Translations under genes and position numbers: made by a program
In this document: piece after piece, positions 1 through 11,889 of the stretch
Layout: the number at the start of each line of letters is the position of its first letter
Position numbering within the stretch: the stretch's first letter is position 1
Origin: Camelus dromedarius
Lineage: Eukaryota
Assembly: GCF_036321535.1 (NCBI RefSeq)
Contig: NC_087437.1
Coordinates: forward strand, 109,122,001 to 109,186,000
Reading direction: 5' to 3'
Length of the DNA: 64,000 nucleotides
Notes under the pieces: generated by a model
Told to the model about the DNA's origin: nothing
The model's database searches: none
The model's input: only the letters and a program-made list of their open reading frames with translations

Positions 1-470
1 GCTTTCTGTCACTGTAGGATTAGTTTACATTTTCTAGAATTTTATGTGAATGGAATTATCCAATATGTATTCTTGTGTCTTCATCTTTTACTGAGAATAA
101 ACATTTTGAGATTCGTTCTTGGTGTGTGTGATGATAGCTCACTTCTTTTTGTAGCAATTACTATTCCATTATGTGGATATACCACACTTTGTTTATGTCT
201 TCACCAAGTGATGGACATTTGGGTTTTGTCCAGTTTTTGGCTGTTCTGAGTAAAGCTGCTATGTACCTTCAGTAGAGATCTTTGTGCAGAAATCTGATTT
301 CAGTTTTCTTGAGTAAATCACTTAGGAGTGGAATGTCCTGGTGGTATGATAGGTGTATTGGGTAAGTTTTTAAGAAACTGCCCATTTTCCAAGATAGTAT
401 GTCATTTTATATTCCAAACAGCAGTATACTATAGTTTTAGTTCCTCTGCATCCTCACCTGGCTATATCTT
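1..470 (-). mobile_element. Old L1 (L1M-type) 3' region, antisense fragment
   Basis: Typical antisense L1M 3' motifs: 'tattccattatgtggatataccacactttgtttat', 'gatggacatttgggttttgtccagtttttggct', 'aaagctgctatg', 'aagaaactgcc'. Confidence 0.8.
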
Positions 471-479
471 CAACTGCTC

Positions 480-1320
480 TCTTTTTCTCACACCCAAAAT
501 CCCATCCATCAGCAAATCCTTTGCCCAAACCTTCAAAATATACCTAGAATCCTATTCCTTCTTATTCTGCTGCTATGGCTACCATTTTCATTCAAGGCTT
601 CCTGCTTATGCCCTTCAGTGTGTTCAAAACACAGCAGTTGAAATGCACTTGTTAAATACAAGCAGTTTCTATCACTCCACGTTTAAAACCCTCAGTGGCT
701 TCCCTTCTCAGGGCAAATGCCAAGGTGATTATAGTGGCACATCTGGCCCTCCCTGATCTGCCCATCTGCAATGCCCTTATCTTTCCACACTTCTACGTCT
801 CTTTCCCTTCTTTCCTTCTCTCCATGCTATTCCTTGAACACACCAAGCTTGCTTCCATCTCAGGGGTTTGCACAGGCTATTTTCTGGCCCCCTTCTTTCT
901 TGGATACATCCGTGACTCACGTCCTCACTTCCTTCAGATCTTTACTCCAAAGACCCTTTCTTGATGAGGCTTTCCTTGATCCTCCCATTTAAAATTGTAC
1001 CCCCTCCCACTCCTCAGATCATTTTCCTGCCACATTTTTGCAATCACACTTATCACCATGTGGTAGTCAGTATATATTTGTTGACCCTCAACTATATGCC
1101 AATGACCATCCTAGGTACTTGGGATGCAGTGTTAAATGACACAGTCTAAAACTTCCATCACCCTGGAGTTTACACATATTTTACCACTTTATCGTGCTTC
1201 TCAACCATCTCCCATCCCCTAGAACAAAATCTCTGTGATAACAGCGATTTTGTCTGTTTTGTTCAATGCTGTATCACTAGTGCCCAGAAGAATATTGGCA
1301 AATAGTAGGATTTCAGCAAA
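480..1320 (+). mobile_element. L2 LINE 3' fragment, with a short oppositely oriented L2 tail at ~1065-1175
   Basis: 'cccatccatcagcaaatcc...ccttcaaaatatacctagaatcc', 'ttccttgaacacaccaagcttgcttccatctcagggg' and 'gttcaatgctgtatcactagtgcccag' are L2-like. The inner 'tttgttgacc...ctaggtacttgggatgcagtg' resembles an antisense L2 tail. Confidence 0.7.
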
Positions 1321-1704
1321 TACCAGCTGTTGTCTTTTTATTTTTCCAAATGAAAAAGCAACCTGTGGTCCAAGCTTTATTAATGTAGAATAGATTACTG
1401 CAGTGTCCTACTTTGGGCCTTGAGGGAATCTGCAGCCTGTGAAAACTGAAGACACAATTGAATTGCTAATTAAAAAATGGAAACAGTTCAATTCTATGAT
1501 CCTCTAAGAATGGGATTTAAACTCTGAAGTAGTATTAATCTAACTTTCCAGCGTACTTATCAAGAAAACTCCAGTTCTCTGCAGACAGCCTCTTCTAAGA
1601 CCTTTGGGTTCATGAGCAGCTGCCAGAGCGTTGAGTGATGAGGTGGGCTGTTCCACAGATTGCCCCTTCCTTCAAAACGTGCCTTTTAACACTACTGTCT
1701 GGAT

Positions 1705-1830
1705 TAGCGTTTCCCAAAGTGTGGTCCCTTGACCACCTGCATTAGCATTGATCAACTTGAGCCAATGAATGAGGACCTCTGGGTTTAGAATTCTGAAATC
1801 TTCATTCTTTACAAACTCCTGATGTGGTTG
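1705..1830. mobile_element. MER5-type hAT-Charlie MITE fragment
   Basis: Starts 'gtttcccaaagtgtggtcccttgaccacctgcattagcat', like a MER5 terminus; degraded. Confidence 0.45.
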
Positions 1831-2029
1831 GTTATTTGAAGTTTGCAATTATTTGTTTTAAAATTTGTCTGAGTTAGGACAGCTGGGTGTGGGAAGATTG
1901 AATCACTGTAATTGAAGTCAGTATAGCAGAAATCCTCAGCAGTGGCTTATGTTCAGATTGAAGCCAAAGATTAGTATGCTTTGGCTATGAACTTGTGAGT
2001 GGGTTGATGGCAACCCCATACAAAACAAA

Positions 2030-2410
2030 GACCCAGCTCCCAGTACCTCAGAATATGACCTGGTTTGTTGCAAATGTAATTAGTTAAGATGAGGTCCTAC
2101 TGGGGTAGGCTGAGTAATCCAATATGATTGATATACTTATAAAAAGAACTCCATGGGAAGACAGGGACATAGGAAAAATGCCCCATGAAGATGGAGGGTT
2201 ACATGATGCATCTACCAGCCAAGGCATACAAAAGACTGTCAACAAAACACTAGAAGCAAGGGAAAGGCAAGGAAGAATTCCTCTACAAGTTTCAGAGGGA
2301 CTGTGACTCTGCTAACACCTTGGTTTTGGACTTCCAGCCTCCAGAAATGAGAGGAAATAAGTTTCTTTTGCTTTAAGTCCCCCAGTTTGTTTTGCAGCTG
2401 TAGAGACCAA
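2030..2410 (+). mobile_element. MaLR MLT1 (B/C-like) solo LTR
   Basis: 'cccagtacctcagaatatgacc', 'gtaattagttaagatgaggtc', 'acaccttggttttggacttccagcctccagaa...aataagtttcttttgctttaag'. Confidence 0.8.
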
Positions 2411-2749
2411 CAGAGCCCTTCTCCTTCTGTTGTTTATCAAACACTAAAAATATATTGTGGAGGTGGGACTATAAGTAGAATAAGAAGAGGCAAGAGTGAT
2501 AACATCAGGGCTTCTAGAACTCAAGGAATTTTAAATGCAGGCTTGAAATTTTTCCAGAGGATAGGCAAGTAGACCAATGGAAGAATAAGGAAGCTAGGAA
2601 AATGTTCACATCTATATGAAAGTTGATGTATGACAGACATGGCATTGTTAGAAAGTGAGAAAGAAGTCGGCTAATTATATAGGAGTAGGAAACTTGGATA
2701 TCCATATGCAAAAATAAAATTAGGTCCCTACTTTATGCAATAATGATAA

Positions 2750-2995
2750 TAGTAGTAGTAGTAGCAGCAGCAGTATAATTACTGCTATTGCACTTAGTAG
2801 ATACTGTTCTAAGACGTTTTTACATATCCTAGTTTCAACTTCACCCTTATATAACTATTGTTTTTTATACCCATTTTGCAGATTAAGAAACTGGGGCATT
2901 TAGAGGTTAGGTGACCGACTAAAAAGTAGTGGAGCTGAGATGTGAACTCAGGCAGTCTGACTCCAAACTCCATGCTCTTAATCACTATGCAATAC
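2750..2995 (-). mobile_element. MIR SINE with (TAG)n(CAG)n-degenerated tail
   Basis: Core 'cccattttgcagattaagaaactgggg' and 'tgtgaactcaggcagtctgactccaaactccatgctcttaatcactatgc'. Confidence 0.8.
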
Positions 2996-2999
2996 TACT

Positions 3000-4385
3000 T
3001 CACATTTCATAAAGAAATCAAATCAAGACATATTAAGCATTTAATTGTGAAAATAAAAACTTAAAAAAGTTAGAAGAAAACAAAGAAAAATATCTTTAAG
3101 ACTTCAGGGTATGGAATAAATATAACTGGAAAACTGCAAATTATAAAAAATGGCAGATAACGTATATTACAATAAAAAATTGGTTCATCAAAAGACATCA
3201 GACTCATGATGACCAGAGGGTAAAGGAAGTGGAAAGGGATAAATTGGGAGTTCAAAATTTGTACCTCTGGGGGAGTGATGGAAATGTTAGTTATCTTGAT
3301 TGTGGTGGTGGTTTCATAGGTGCACACATCAATCAAAATTAATCAAATTGTACATCTGAAATATGTGTAGTTTACTGTACAGAAATTACACCACAATAAA
3401 GTTGTTCTTTTAAAAAAAAGACATCATAATAAGAGTGAAAAAGAGCTATTTGTCCCATATATAATCAACAGAGGATTAATATGCAGTATATATAAGAAAT
3501 TCTGCACATTAGTAAGAAAAGGACAAACAGCACAACAAAAAAGTGGTCCATAAAAACACACATGACAATATGGAACTTCAGAGGTGAGGAAACATAAGTG
3601 ACTAATAATCACTTGAAAAGATGATTAAATTTCATGCCCATGAGACTGACAAAAATTTAAAACCTCACGACACTACATCATGACAAGGTTATAAAGCAAT
3701 AGCCATTCCATTCCTATACACAGCAGAAGAAATGTAAATTGGTGGAGCACTTTGGAGATTAGTTTTACAATATTTAGTAAAGTTGAAGATTCACTTGTGT
3801 TATAACTCAACAATCCACAGGAATATGTCCCAGGGCAACTTGCCCATAGAGTCAAGGAGACAAAGACATGTTCATAGCAACATGGTTTGTAAATAGCATG
3901 CACTTAGAAACAGCCTAAGTGCTCATCAGCAGGAAAGTGGATTAACTCATGGCGGTGTGTTCATATAATGCAGCACTGACAATTAACCGACTAGAGCCAG
4001 ATATATTCATAAAAGAACCTTGTAAGCACAATGTTGCTTGAGAAAAGCAAATTTCAGAAGAATATACAAAAATTAAAAAAATATAAACAAGACTATACAG
4101 ATGTTAAAAAAAATTTTTAAATGAATATATAAAGGTTGAAAATACAACACAACACAACAATTGCTAAGGGCTACATATAAGCAGAATAAAAATATAAAGA
4201 AATGATCAGAAAAGCCAAACCTAAATTCAGGACAATGGTTACCTTTAGAGTGAAGGAGCGGATATAATTTGTTATGAGTAAACAGAGGGCATCAAATATA
4301 CTGGATTAGTACTATTTTATTTCTTAAATTAGGGGGGTACTTATATTGCTATTTCCTTTTCTATGTCTTAAATAGTGTAAAAAAA
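3000..4385 (+). mobile_element. Old L1 (L1M/L1ME-like) ORF2 end and 3' UTR, interrupted by a younger insertion at 3190-3426
   Basis: A-rich sense L1 motifs: 'atgtaaattggtggagcactttgg', 'acatgttcatagcaacatggtttgtaaatagc', 'acagcctaagtgctcatcagcagg'. Confidence 0.7.
3201..3415 (+). mobile_element. Short L1-mobilised retrocopy (chimeric L1 3' end) with 11-bp TSD
   Basis: AAAAGACATCA at 3190-3200 and 3416-3426. AATAAA at 3395-3400 precedes an A-tract. Confidence 0.75.
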
Positions 4386-6009
4386 CTTTTTTTTTTTTTT
4401 TTTAAAGAAGAGAGATTGCTTGGCAGCTATTGAGAGCTGCAGAAGCAAGCAAGTCATCTGAATGTCAAGTGTTGTCAGGGCTACAATTCAGAAAAGGCAG
4501 GAAGTGGCCACAGTCTTTGCTTCCTCTGGTTTCTTTTCACTCTCCTCCTCTTATTCCAGAATGATGATGAGAAAAGAGAAGTTCTCTAAGGATCTTTTTC
4601 CTTCCTTTTTCTGAGATCCAGGACATGTTTCTAGGATGCCTGTCCACTTGGTTTCGACAGGGCTCTCTTTGGGTAAGGCAAGTTCTTTTCGAAGTGAGTA
4701 CTTCTTTTTGCAGTCGCTGTGGCTTCTAATCTTTTGTGTGTGACAAGCTCTTCTTGATTTAATGTTTTCTCCTGTGCCTTTTATGAACCTGCTCTAACTG
4801 AGCAAATTCTCTCGCAAATAAAGCGTGACTGACATACAGCTAATATTCCTCCTCTGCACAACCAAAGGGTCTTCTAGACAAGCAATAAATAAGAATCCAA
4901 GAGTTTAGTGTCTGGTGCCTCTGGAGGGGCTTATAGTCTATCTCTGTGAATCTGTTTGGTCTCAACCAAAAAAGAAAAGTTGAAAAGAGGGAGATGTTTT
5001 TCATCCAAGTTAATAAACAATCTTGCTATTGCTCATGCTCTTCCACACACCAGTGTCTACAGAACATATCATTTTGGTTGTGGAGTTTGTCACCAATACT
5101 TTGCCGCAGTGAGTTTTGCCCAAGTATTTTAGTACAGTGGGTAGAATAAATCTGAGTGCAGAATATTACTCTTTTTGTGTTATTTCAAAGATGTTGTCCC
5201 CTTACCAGCATCCTGGGTATCAGCTTTATCATTTGTGAAAAAGGACCAAGGGAGAGGAATAAAAATCAGCCAACTACCCATTTGTTTATGTGAATTCAGA
5301 AGGCTTCAACCTAGAAAACTCTTTCAAAAGCTGAAAACATGCTTCCTCTCCCCTGAAAATCTATATTTTATAATAATCATTATTTTGGTCACAGTGGCAA
5401 GGAAATGTCTTCCAGAGAATTTAATGTATTTTTTTTATTATTGTGGGGATTTTTTTTTTTGTTTGGCTCTGTCAATTGCTGGTCAGTTCAATTTGGTTCT
5501 ACTACTGAAATTGAATTTGGAGATGAAGAATTGAAAGATTTTAATAACATTCTTAAAATGCATGGGTTTCTAAAGTAGTAATAGGAGGGAGGTATTGTCT
5601 GGATATGGTAGGATTTGGGTCAAGGGACAGGTGTGATCTGAGCACTCTCCTTGTCTGCAGGGACATTTCTCTACAAAATTTTGTGATTAGGATGGGGCAT
5701 GGGTTGGGGGACTTGTCCCTGGAGTCCTGTTTATTGTGCATAAAAATGCCTCAAATATCATTTAAAGCCTTTGTCTGGTTGTTAAAATCCTGTGATGCTC
5801 GAATGGTAAATTTTATCACCTGGTTATCGGTCTTCCTACAGCATCCAAAAACATTTTACCAGACATACGACTGGATTTCTTCGGTAAACAACTTGCATGT
5901 TGCAGTCATCTGAATGAGAAGAATTTTCCTGTAGTATTATTTAACCCTTAAAAGCTTATTTATTTTCCTGGCTCCCTTGCATTTGGTTACTTAGCAAGAC
6001 GTCCTTAGG

Positions 6010-6135
6010 TGCGGTCTGTAAAAGCAGACGTGTTGGTCTTGTTCATGCTCCTTAATATATAAAATGATGCCTGCCACATATTAGATGCTCATTAACCATT
6101 GGAGGAGAAGAAGCATTAATGAATGAATAGATGAC
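6010..6135 (+). mobile_element. L2 3' terminal fragment
   Basis: 'gtcttgttcatgct...tgcctgccacatattagatgctcatt...aatgaatgaatag'. Confidence 0.5.
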
Positions 6136-7632
6136 AGATTGCACATGGAACGTGGACTGCTTTGTTCTTCATACTCCTTCTTCTCACATTTCAGAATACC
6201 ATTTTTCTATAACCAGGGCTACTGGGAGTTATGAAGAGCAGTAGGGAGTGCCTGGAAAAAATAGGAAAGAAGGAAGCAGCTTGGGGGCACAGGCAGGTCA
6301 AAGGCCTCTAATCGTCTTCTGTTTTATACACACAAGATTAAAGATTCCCTCTGAGTTTTGATTAAAGATGCACAATTACAAGATTAAATAGCAGTGAGTC
6401 AAATTAGAAAAGGTTTAACTCCAATCTCAGAATTAATCAAAGCTCCCTCCATAACCCCTCCCTCACATTAAGCTGTCTTTACAACATGGGATTAGAGCGA
6501 ACCGTCTAAGTCTTCGCGTCCCCAGGCGCCCTGCTACCGTTTCTATACAGATGTCCTCGTTCACGTCACAAACAATGCTCTTATCCAGAATCAAAGCTCA
6601 TTTCCCCTTGAAGTTTCTGTTTATACCCATGGCTGAATTCCTTCCAGTGCCTCTACACATTTTTATTTATTTTGGCGACCTGCAGGGTCCTACATCAGGT
6701 ACAACATGCACTCATCATATGCATTGTCACGAAACATATTAAAACTTAGTACACTTGTCTATTTCTGAAAAAACCTCCTTAATCATCCCAGTAATTATGC
6801 AAACAGCCCCATGGGGCCGGCTATAAACATTTCCTTCCCTTCCTAAGAAGCCGCTCTCTCCTTGGAAGCCACACCAAAGGAGTGTGGGCAGAACGCACAA
6901 TTAATAACTCCACTGGGGAGAGGTTAATATGGTCATAAGGCATCTGAGAAATAAAACTGTCATTGCTTTATTAAAGGCTGTAATTCAGGAACAAGCCTGC
7001 ATGGTAACAATAAAATAATTTTAAAGAAATAAATAGAAGGACCAGAAAGAAAAATGTGGCTCTTAACTGTAGGCTGGATTCTAGATTTTTTTGTAAATAT
7101 ATTTTATTGATTGATGACGAATAAGACCCATTGCCCTTTAAATGTGTCATTTGTTGCAAGAAAATGTAAAAATCCAAGGAGATCCTAGAAAGACTCCTAC
7201 TTCCATCTTAAAACCTGCCCAGTAGTTTCCTGAGCACATTGAACTCTTGGGTCCTTGAAGAGATGGGTTGGGGCATGGGAAAGAAAGGGTTAGAATGAAA
7301 AGGAGAAAGAGATTTTTACCTAGTTTATGTTACTTGTTGGTTTCTCCTGGCAAGCCTGTCTACCTTGTAGGGTGCACTGAGCCCAGGGGAAAGGCATGGC
7401 TTCTTGCCTGTCCAAACTCAGGCTGCTTCTGATGCTCTTTTCCCCACTCCTGTCAGCATCCTCATCTTCTGCAATCTCCAGTGGGAGGCAGGCACCAGAT
7501 TCTATGTTCACAAATGCCCCTAAACTCGACTGCAAGAGAACAGACTCTCCGGAGAACAATTCTATCATATTCTTCTCCTGGGAAGCACGAACTTCTGCAG
7601 CTTAGCAAGCCTCCAGCTGGGGAATGAGATAT

Positions 7633-7760
7633 TGCTATGGGCTGAATTGTACTCTCCTGAAATTCATACGTTGAAGTCTTAGCCCCTGGTACCTCAGAAT
7701 GTGACCGTACTTAGGAATAGGGCCTTTAATGAGGTAACTGAGGAAAAACAAGGTCACTGG
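7633..7760 (+). mobile_element. MLT1 LTR 5' fragment
   Basis: 'tgctatgggctgaattgt...aaattcatacgttgaagtcttagcccctggtacctcagaatgtgacc...gggcctttaatgaggtaa'. Confidence 0.75.
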
Positions 7761-9514
7761 AATGATGACTTATCTCTCTCAGCAAGGGTATGAGAAGGGT
7801 TTCAAGAAGGAAGTGGAAAGAGAAGACTGTTAGGATGACTGCCAGCCCCAGGGTCTACCACTCACTTCACTCCAGAGATGCAGGGAGGCAGCAGGTGAAG
7901 GCACAGATAGGAGTCAGGAGTTTTGACAAATCTACAACATTCAGCTGAGCTCTGAAGGCAGGAGTGTAGTAGCACTTGGGTGAACGGAGCCAAGAGCATG
8001 GGCATCTCTGCACTGGGTATGGAGGAGCTGACTAGAGGAGGTCCGCTCTAAACAGAGGCTGCGACCTGAACTTGAGGTGTTCCCTGGTCTGGTCCCGAGC
8101 TCGGTCATTGTTCAGCTATGAGCATCCTGGGAGCAGGGCTCCCTGGTCTCTGCTCATCTGTCCTTTATCTCCCTGTCACACTGACTATATCTATGTGTAT
8201 ATTCGTTTTATTCTTTCAACTCAGATACATTTATGTCTGTTTCTATTTCTGATACAACAGTGGGCAGGATTTTCTTTTGAATGTCGATTGTTTTAAGAGA
8301 ATTTTTGTCTATTTTTATTTATATGTGTATTTTTCTCTTTCACATTCCTGTTATTCAAATTGAAAAAAATGAGATGACACTAAGCATTTATTTGAATTTC
8401 AGCTTCAGGCTATCTTCCTTTTGACTGTGAGCCTATCTTGAAATTCCAATTTGGATGGCATTTGTTTCACGACTTAAAATAATTTAGGATTTTTTAGTTG
8501 AAAATGTGAAATCAATGCCTTTTTGATGAATAGAGGTTTTATATCTGAATAATAAATAGGCTGTTCTTTGTTTTCATAAATAGCTAGGGAAAATCATAAA
8601 CCCTAGTTATTGCCTATCATTAAACTCATCCTGGAAATGTGTGGAGTCTACTTTAGAAATACTTACAAAAATAAGTTCATAAATGTAGATTATCCAAAGA
8701 GAAAACATTAAGTGTTAAATATAGAGACTATGAATAATTTATTTGTTCTATATGAATGCCAAAGAAGCTCACAAGGGAAGCATGAAATAGAATACAGCAT
8801 CATAGTAATTACCAAATATAAGACACTTCAATAAAGACTTTAGCATTTATGTGCATCTCAGGTTAATTTACCAGTTACCACACGGTCAATCTTCTTCCAG
8901 TGGCCATAATAGATGATTTATATTAAGCGTAATGAGTAGCACATCCTTTCTGACTGTTACCTTGTTCAGGTAGGGAAATGCACTGCAGTCAAATCACCCC
9001 TACTGCTTTAATAGTTATAAAATGAGTGTATCTGGTTTAAGTGTTACAGGCATGGCATTTGGTTGTCTTATTAAGTTTGAGCCTGTATTAACTTAAAAAA
9101 TATATCTCACAAAAATAGAGTTCTTTTGAGATTCTGCTAGATTTTTATTTGGGGAAACTATTTGATCCTCTTGAGGGAGGACTTTTATTTCTGCAGTTTT
9201 CTTCCAGGAACAACTTCTGGCTCATTCATTTTAGCAGAGTATACATAACTTACTGTTTTTAAAGGACAGTTCTGGTGGAGCCCAAGGAAATAGTATTTTG
9301 GGGACTGATTATATAATTCATATGAGTTCAATGTAGAAACTATGTGAAGAACCACAAAATTTAAACTGATACCCAAGCACAATCATTACTATACAAATAG
9401 AAGGGTTTTTCTTTTAAGTCACTTATTTTTGGGTGGTATAAATAGGCATGATTTTTCTGTGTATATATTAGATATCCTGCCTACAATGAACATTTTCTTG
9501 TTATTAAATATCCT

Positions 9515-10405
9515 TTAAAAAATTCCTATTTTGAAGTAAGTATTCATTCACAGAGGTAAAGGGAAATCCATGTACCCTTCACACAGTTTCTGAGACTGGT
9601 TACCTCTTAGAAAACTATAATGCAATGGCAATATCAGGAGATTGACATCGGTGCAATGTGTGTATGTCACTTTATCCCATGTTACACATTTGTGTAACTG
9701 CCATCACAACCAAGATACAAAACTATTCCGTCACTATAGAGGTCTCATGCATGCTACGCCTTTATAGTTACACCTGTCACTCTGTCCCCCAACATTCCTT
9801 ACCCTTGCTAACCACTGGTTTGTTCTCATCTCTATTATATTATCTTTTTGAGAATGTTATACGAATGCCATCATCCAGTATATAACCTTCTGAGACTGGC
9901 TTTTTTCCCCATTAAGCGGAATATCCTTGAGGTCCATCCAAGTTGTTGCACGTATCAATAGTTCAGTCCTTTTCAATGCTGAGTAGTATTCCGTGGTGCG
10001 GATTTCACAGTGTGTTTAACCATTCACCTGTTGAAGGACAGTTGAGTAGTTTCTGGTTGCTTTCTATTACAAATAAAGCTTTTATGAACAATCGTATCCA
10101 GGTTTTTCTGTGGTCTTAAGTTTTCATTTCTCTAGGATAAATTCTCAAGAGTGTGATTGTTGGGTCATAGGGTAAATATATGTTTAGTAGTTTTTAAAGA
10201 AATTACCAAATTATTTTTTAAAGAAACTGATGAGTTTAAGAAACAGCTGAGTCATATGGTGTAAAAGTGGCTGTACCATCTTGTATTCCACCAACAAGGT
10301 ATGAGAAATGCAGTGTTTCCACATTCTCAACAGCATTTGGTGTTGTCACTATTTTTTAATTTGAGCTCCCTTGATAAGGGTGTAGTGATATCTCATCATA
10401 GTCTT
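9515..10405 (-). mobile_element. Old L1M 3' end, antisense
   Basis: 'gctgagtagtattcc', 'aaccattcacctgttgaaggaca', 'aaataaagcttttatgaaca', 'gtggctgtaccatcttgtattccacc', 'cagcatttggtgttgtcact'. Confidence 0.8.
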
Positions 10406-11889
10406 ATAAATATTCTTCTAAAATATGATTTTTAGTGGTTGGGGTTTTCTTCCATCAGCATATATTTGAAACCTTCATAGATGAACATTTTTCTATACCA
10501 TCATAACCTATAACCACTATTGCCTGTTGCATAATCTTTCTTTGATAATTCTATTCTCACTATACTCACCTATCGAGCTATTAACCTGCCAGAGAAACTA
10601 GCTTACAGGTTGTCTCTTTCTTTACATAAGAAAAGTCATTTATATTTTGACTTTATGTTACCTACTCTCTCATAGGCTTGCAGGGAAAGAGAGAAAGGGA
10701 GGGAGAGAGGGAGAAATACAAATGAATGAGAGAAATAAGAGAATCAGAGTGTGTCCTGATTTAAAATGAATATATCTGAAGCTGCAGCTCAGACCCAGGC
10801 TGTGAGTTTATTGTGTTGATTTTTGCCTGGTGTATATTATCTGAGGGCATTTTAAGTCCCAGTTATCCAATCAACAGAAACGTTCTTCACTGCCTTGCAC
10901 AATGGACTCATAATCATTTATCAGAATGTGGCTGAGGAGTTGCCTTTGCCCTTCAAGAGACCCCACAGCTCACTGTCCGAACTTCCTTTCATTGCCACTG
11001 GGGAGGGCTTCAGAGAGGAGGAACACGAGGGCAGGGATGCAGGAGGAGGTAGGTTTACGTGGGTGATTAATGCGGTTTCATAAAAAAGAGTTTCTCTAAG
11101 GGAACAAAGTGCTCTTGCACTCGTGGGAAGACAAGATTGAAGAACTCTCCTTAATGCATTAGGCAAGAGCAGGTCGATGGATGTATTTGCCAAACTCCCC
11201 TCCTAGGAAGAGACAAGTCTCCCAAACCTGAACACTAATGGCATGACAGTCAATTTAAAAATGGACATTAGACCCTAAGCAAACGTGATGCCCATTAAAC
11301 TGTAGAGGTTGCGAAAGTAGGGCACATAATTAGAGCGTAAGTCTGCCGGCTGTGACAGCCGGCGGTCCAGGGAAGATGGATTCACCAGCCTCACGCTGAA
11401 CTTCCCAGCAGAGCTGAGCAGGTTCACCTCTTGCTGCTGTCACCACAGACACTCCTCCTGGGATATGAGCCTTAACGTATGAGCCCACCAAGGCGAAATC
11501 TGAGACTTAATAACTTCATAAATCCCCGGGAGACATTTTTTTCTAATTGAATGCTTGGTAGCGGCATTTATTGATGGTGAGCTGAATTTTTAGAAATCAA
11601 TCGCTAACTAGTGACACAGACAAGAAAATGATATAGACCATGCTTAGGTTGCAGAAAAAGCTATGAAAAAGGGCTAAAAGCTACTGGATAAAGAAACAAC
11701 TAAAAGGCAAATAAGACCGGATTGAAAGCAAGTCAGCTATAGAAAACTCCCTTCGGCTTGGAAGTAGGAGGCTTAGAACCTAGTTGTAATGGCTGCATGA
11801 TCTGTGAGAGCTGTTGGTACCTTCTTCTTGGTTAATGTTAACATGGACAAAACCAAGTGACCTGGAGCGTTTGAAGTGGGTTCATTCTT

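Noticed and set aside
7320..7605. Overlapping ORFs on both strands, one with a signal-peptide-like N-terminus
   Set aside because: Short, with no recognisable homology and no convincing splice sites or promoter. Cannot be supported without a homology search.
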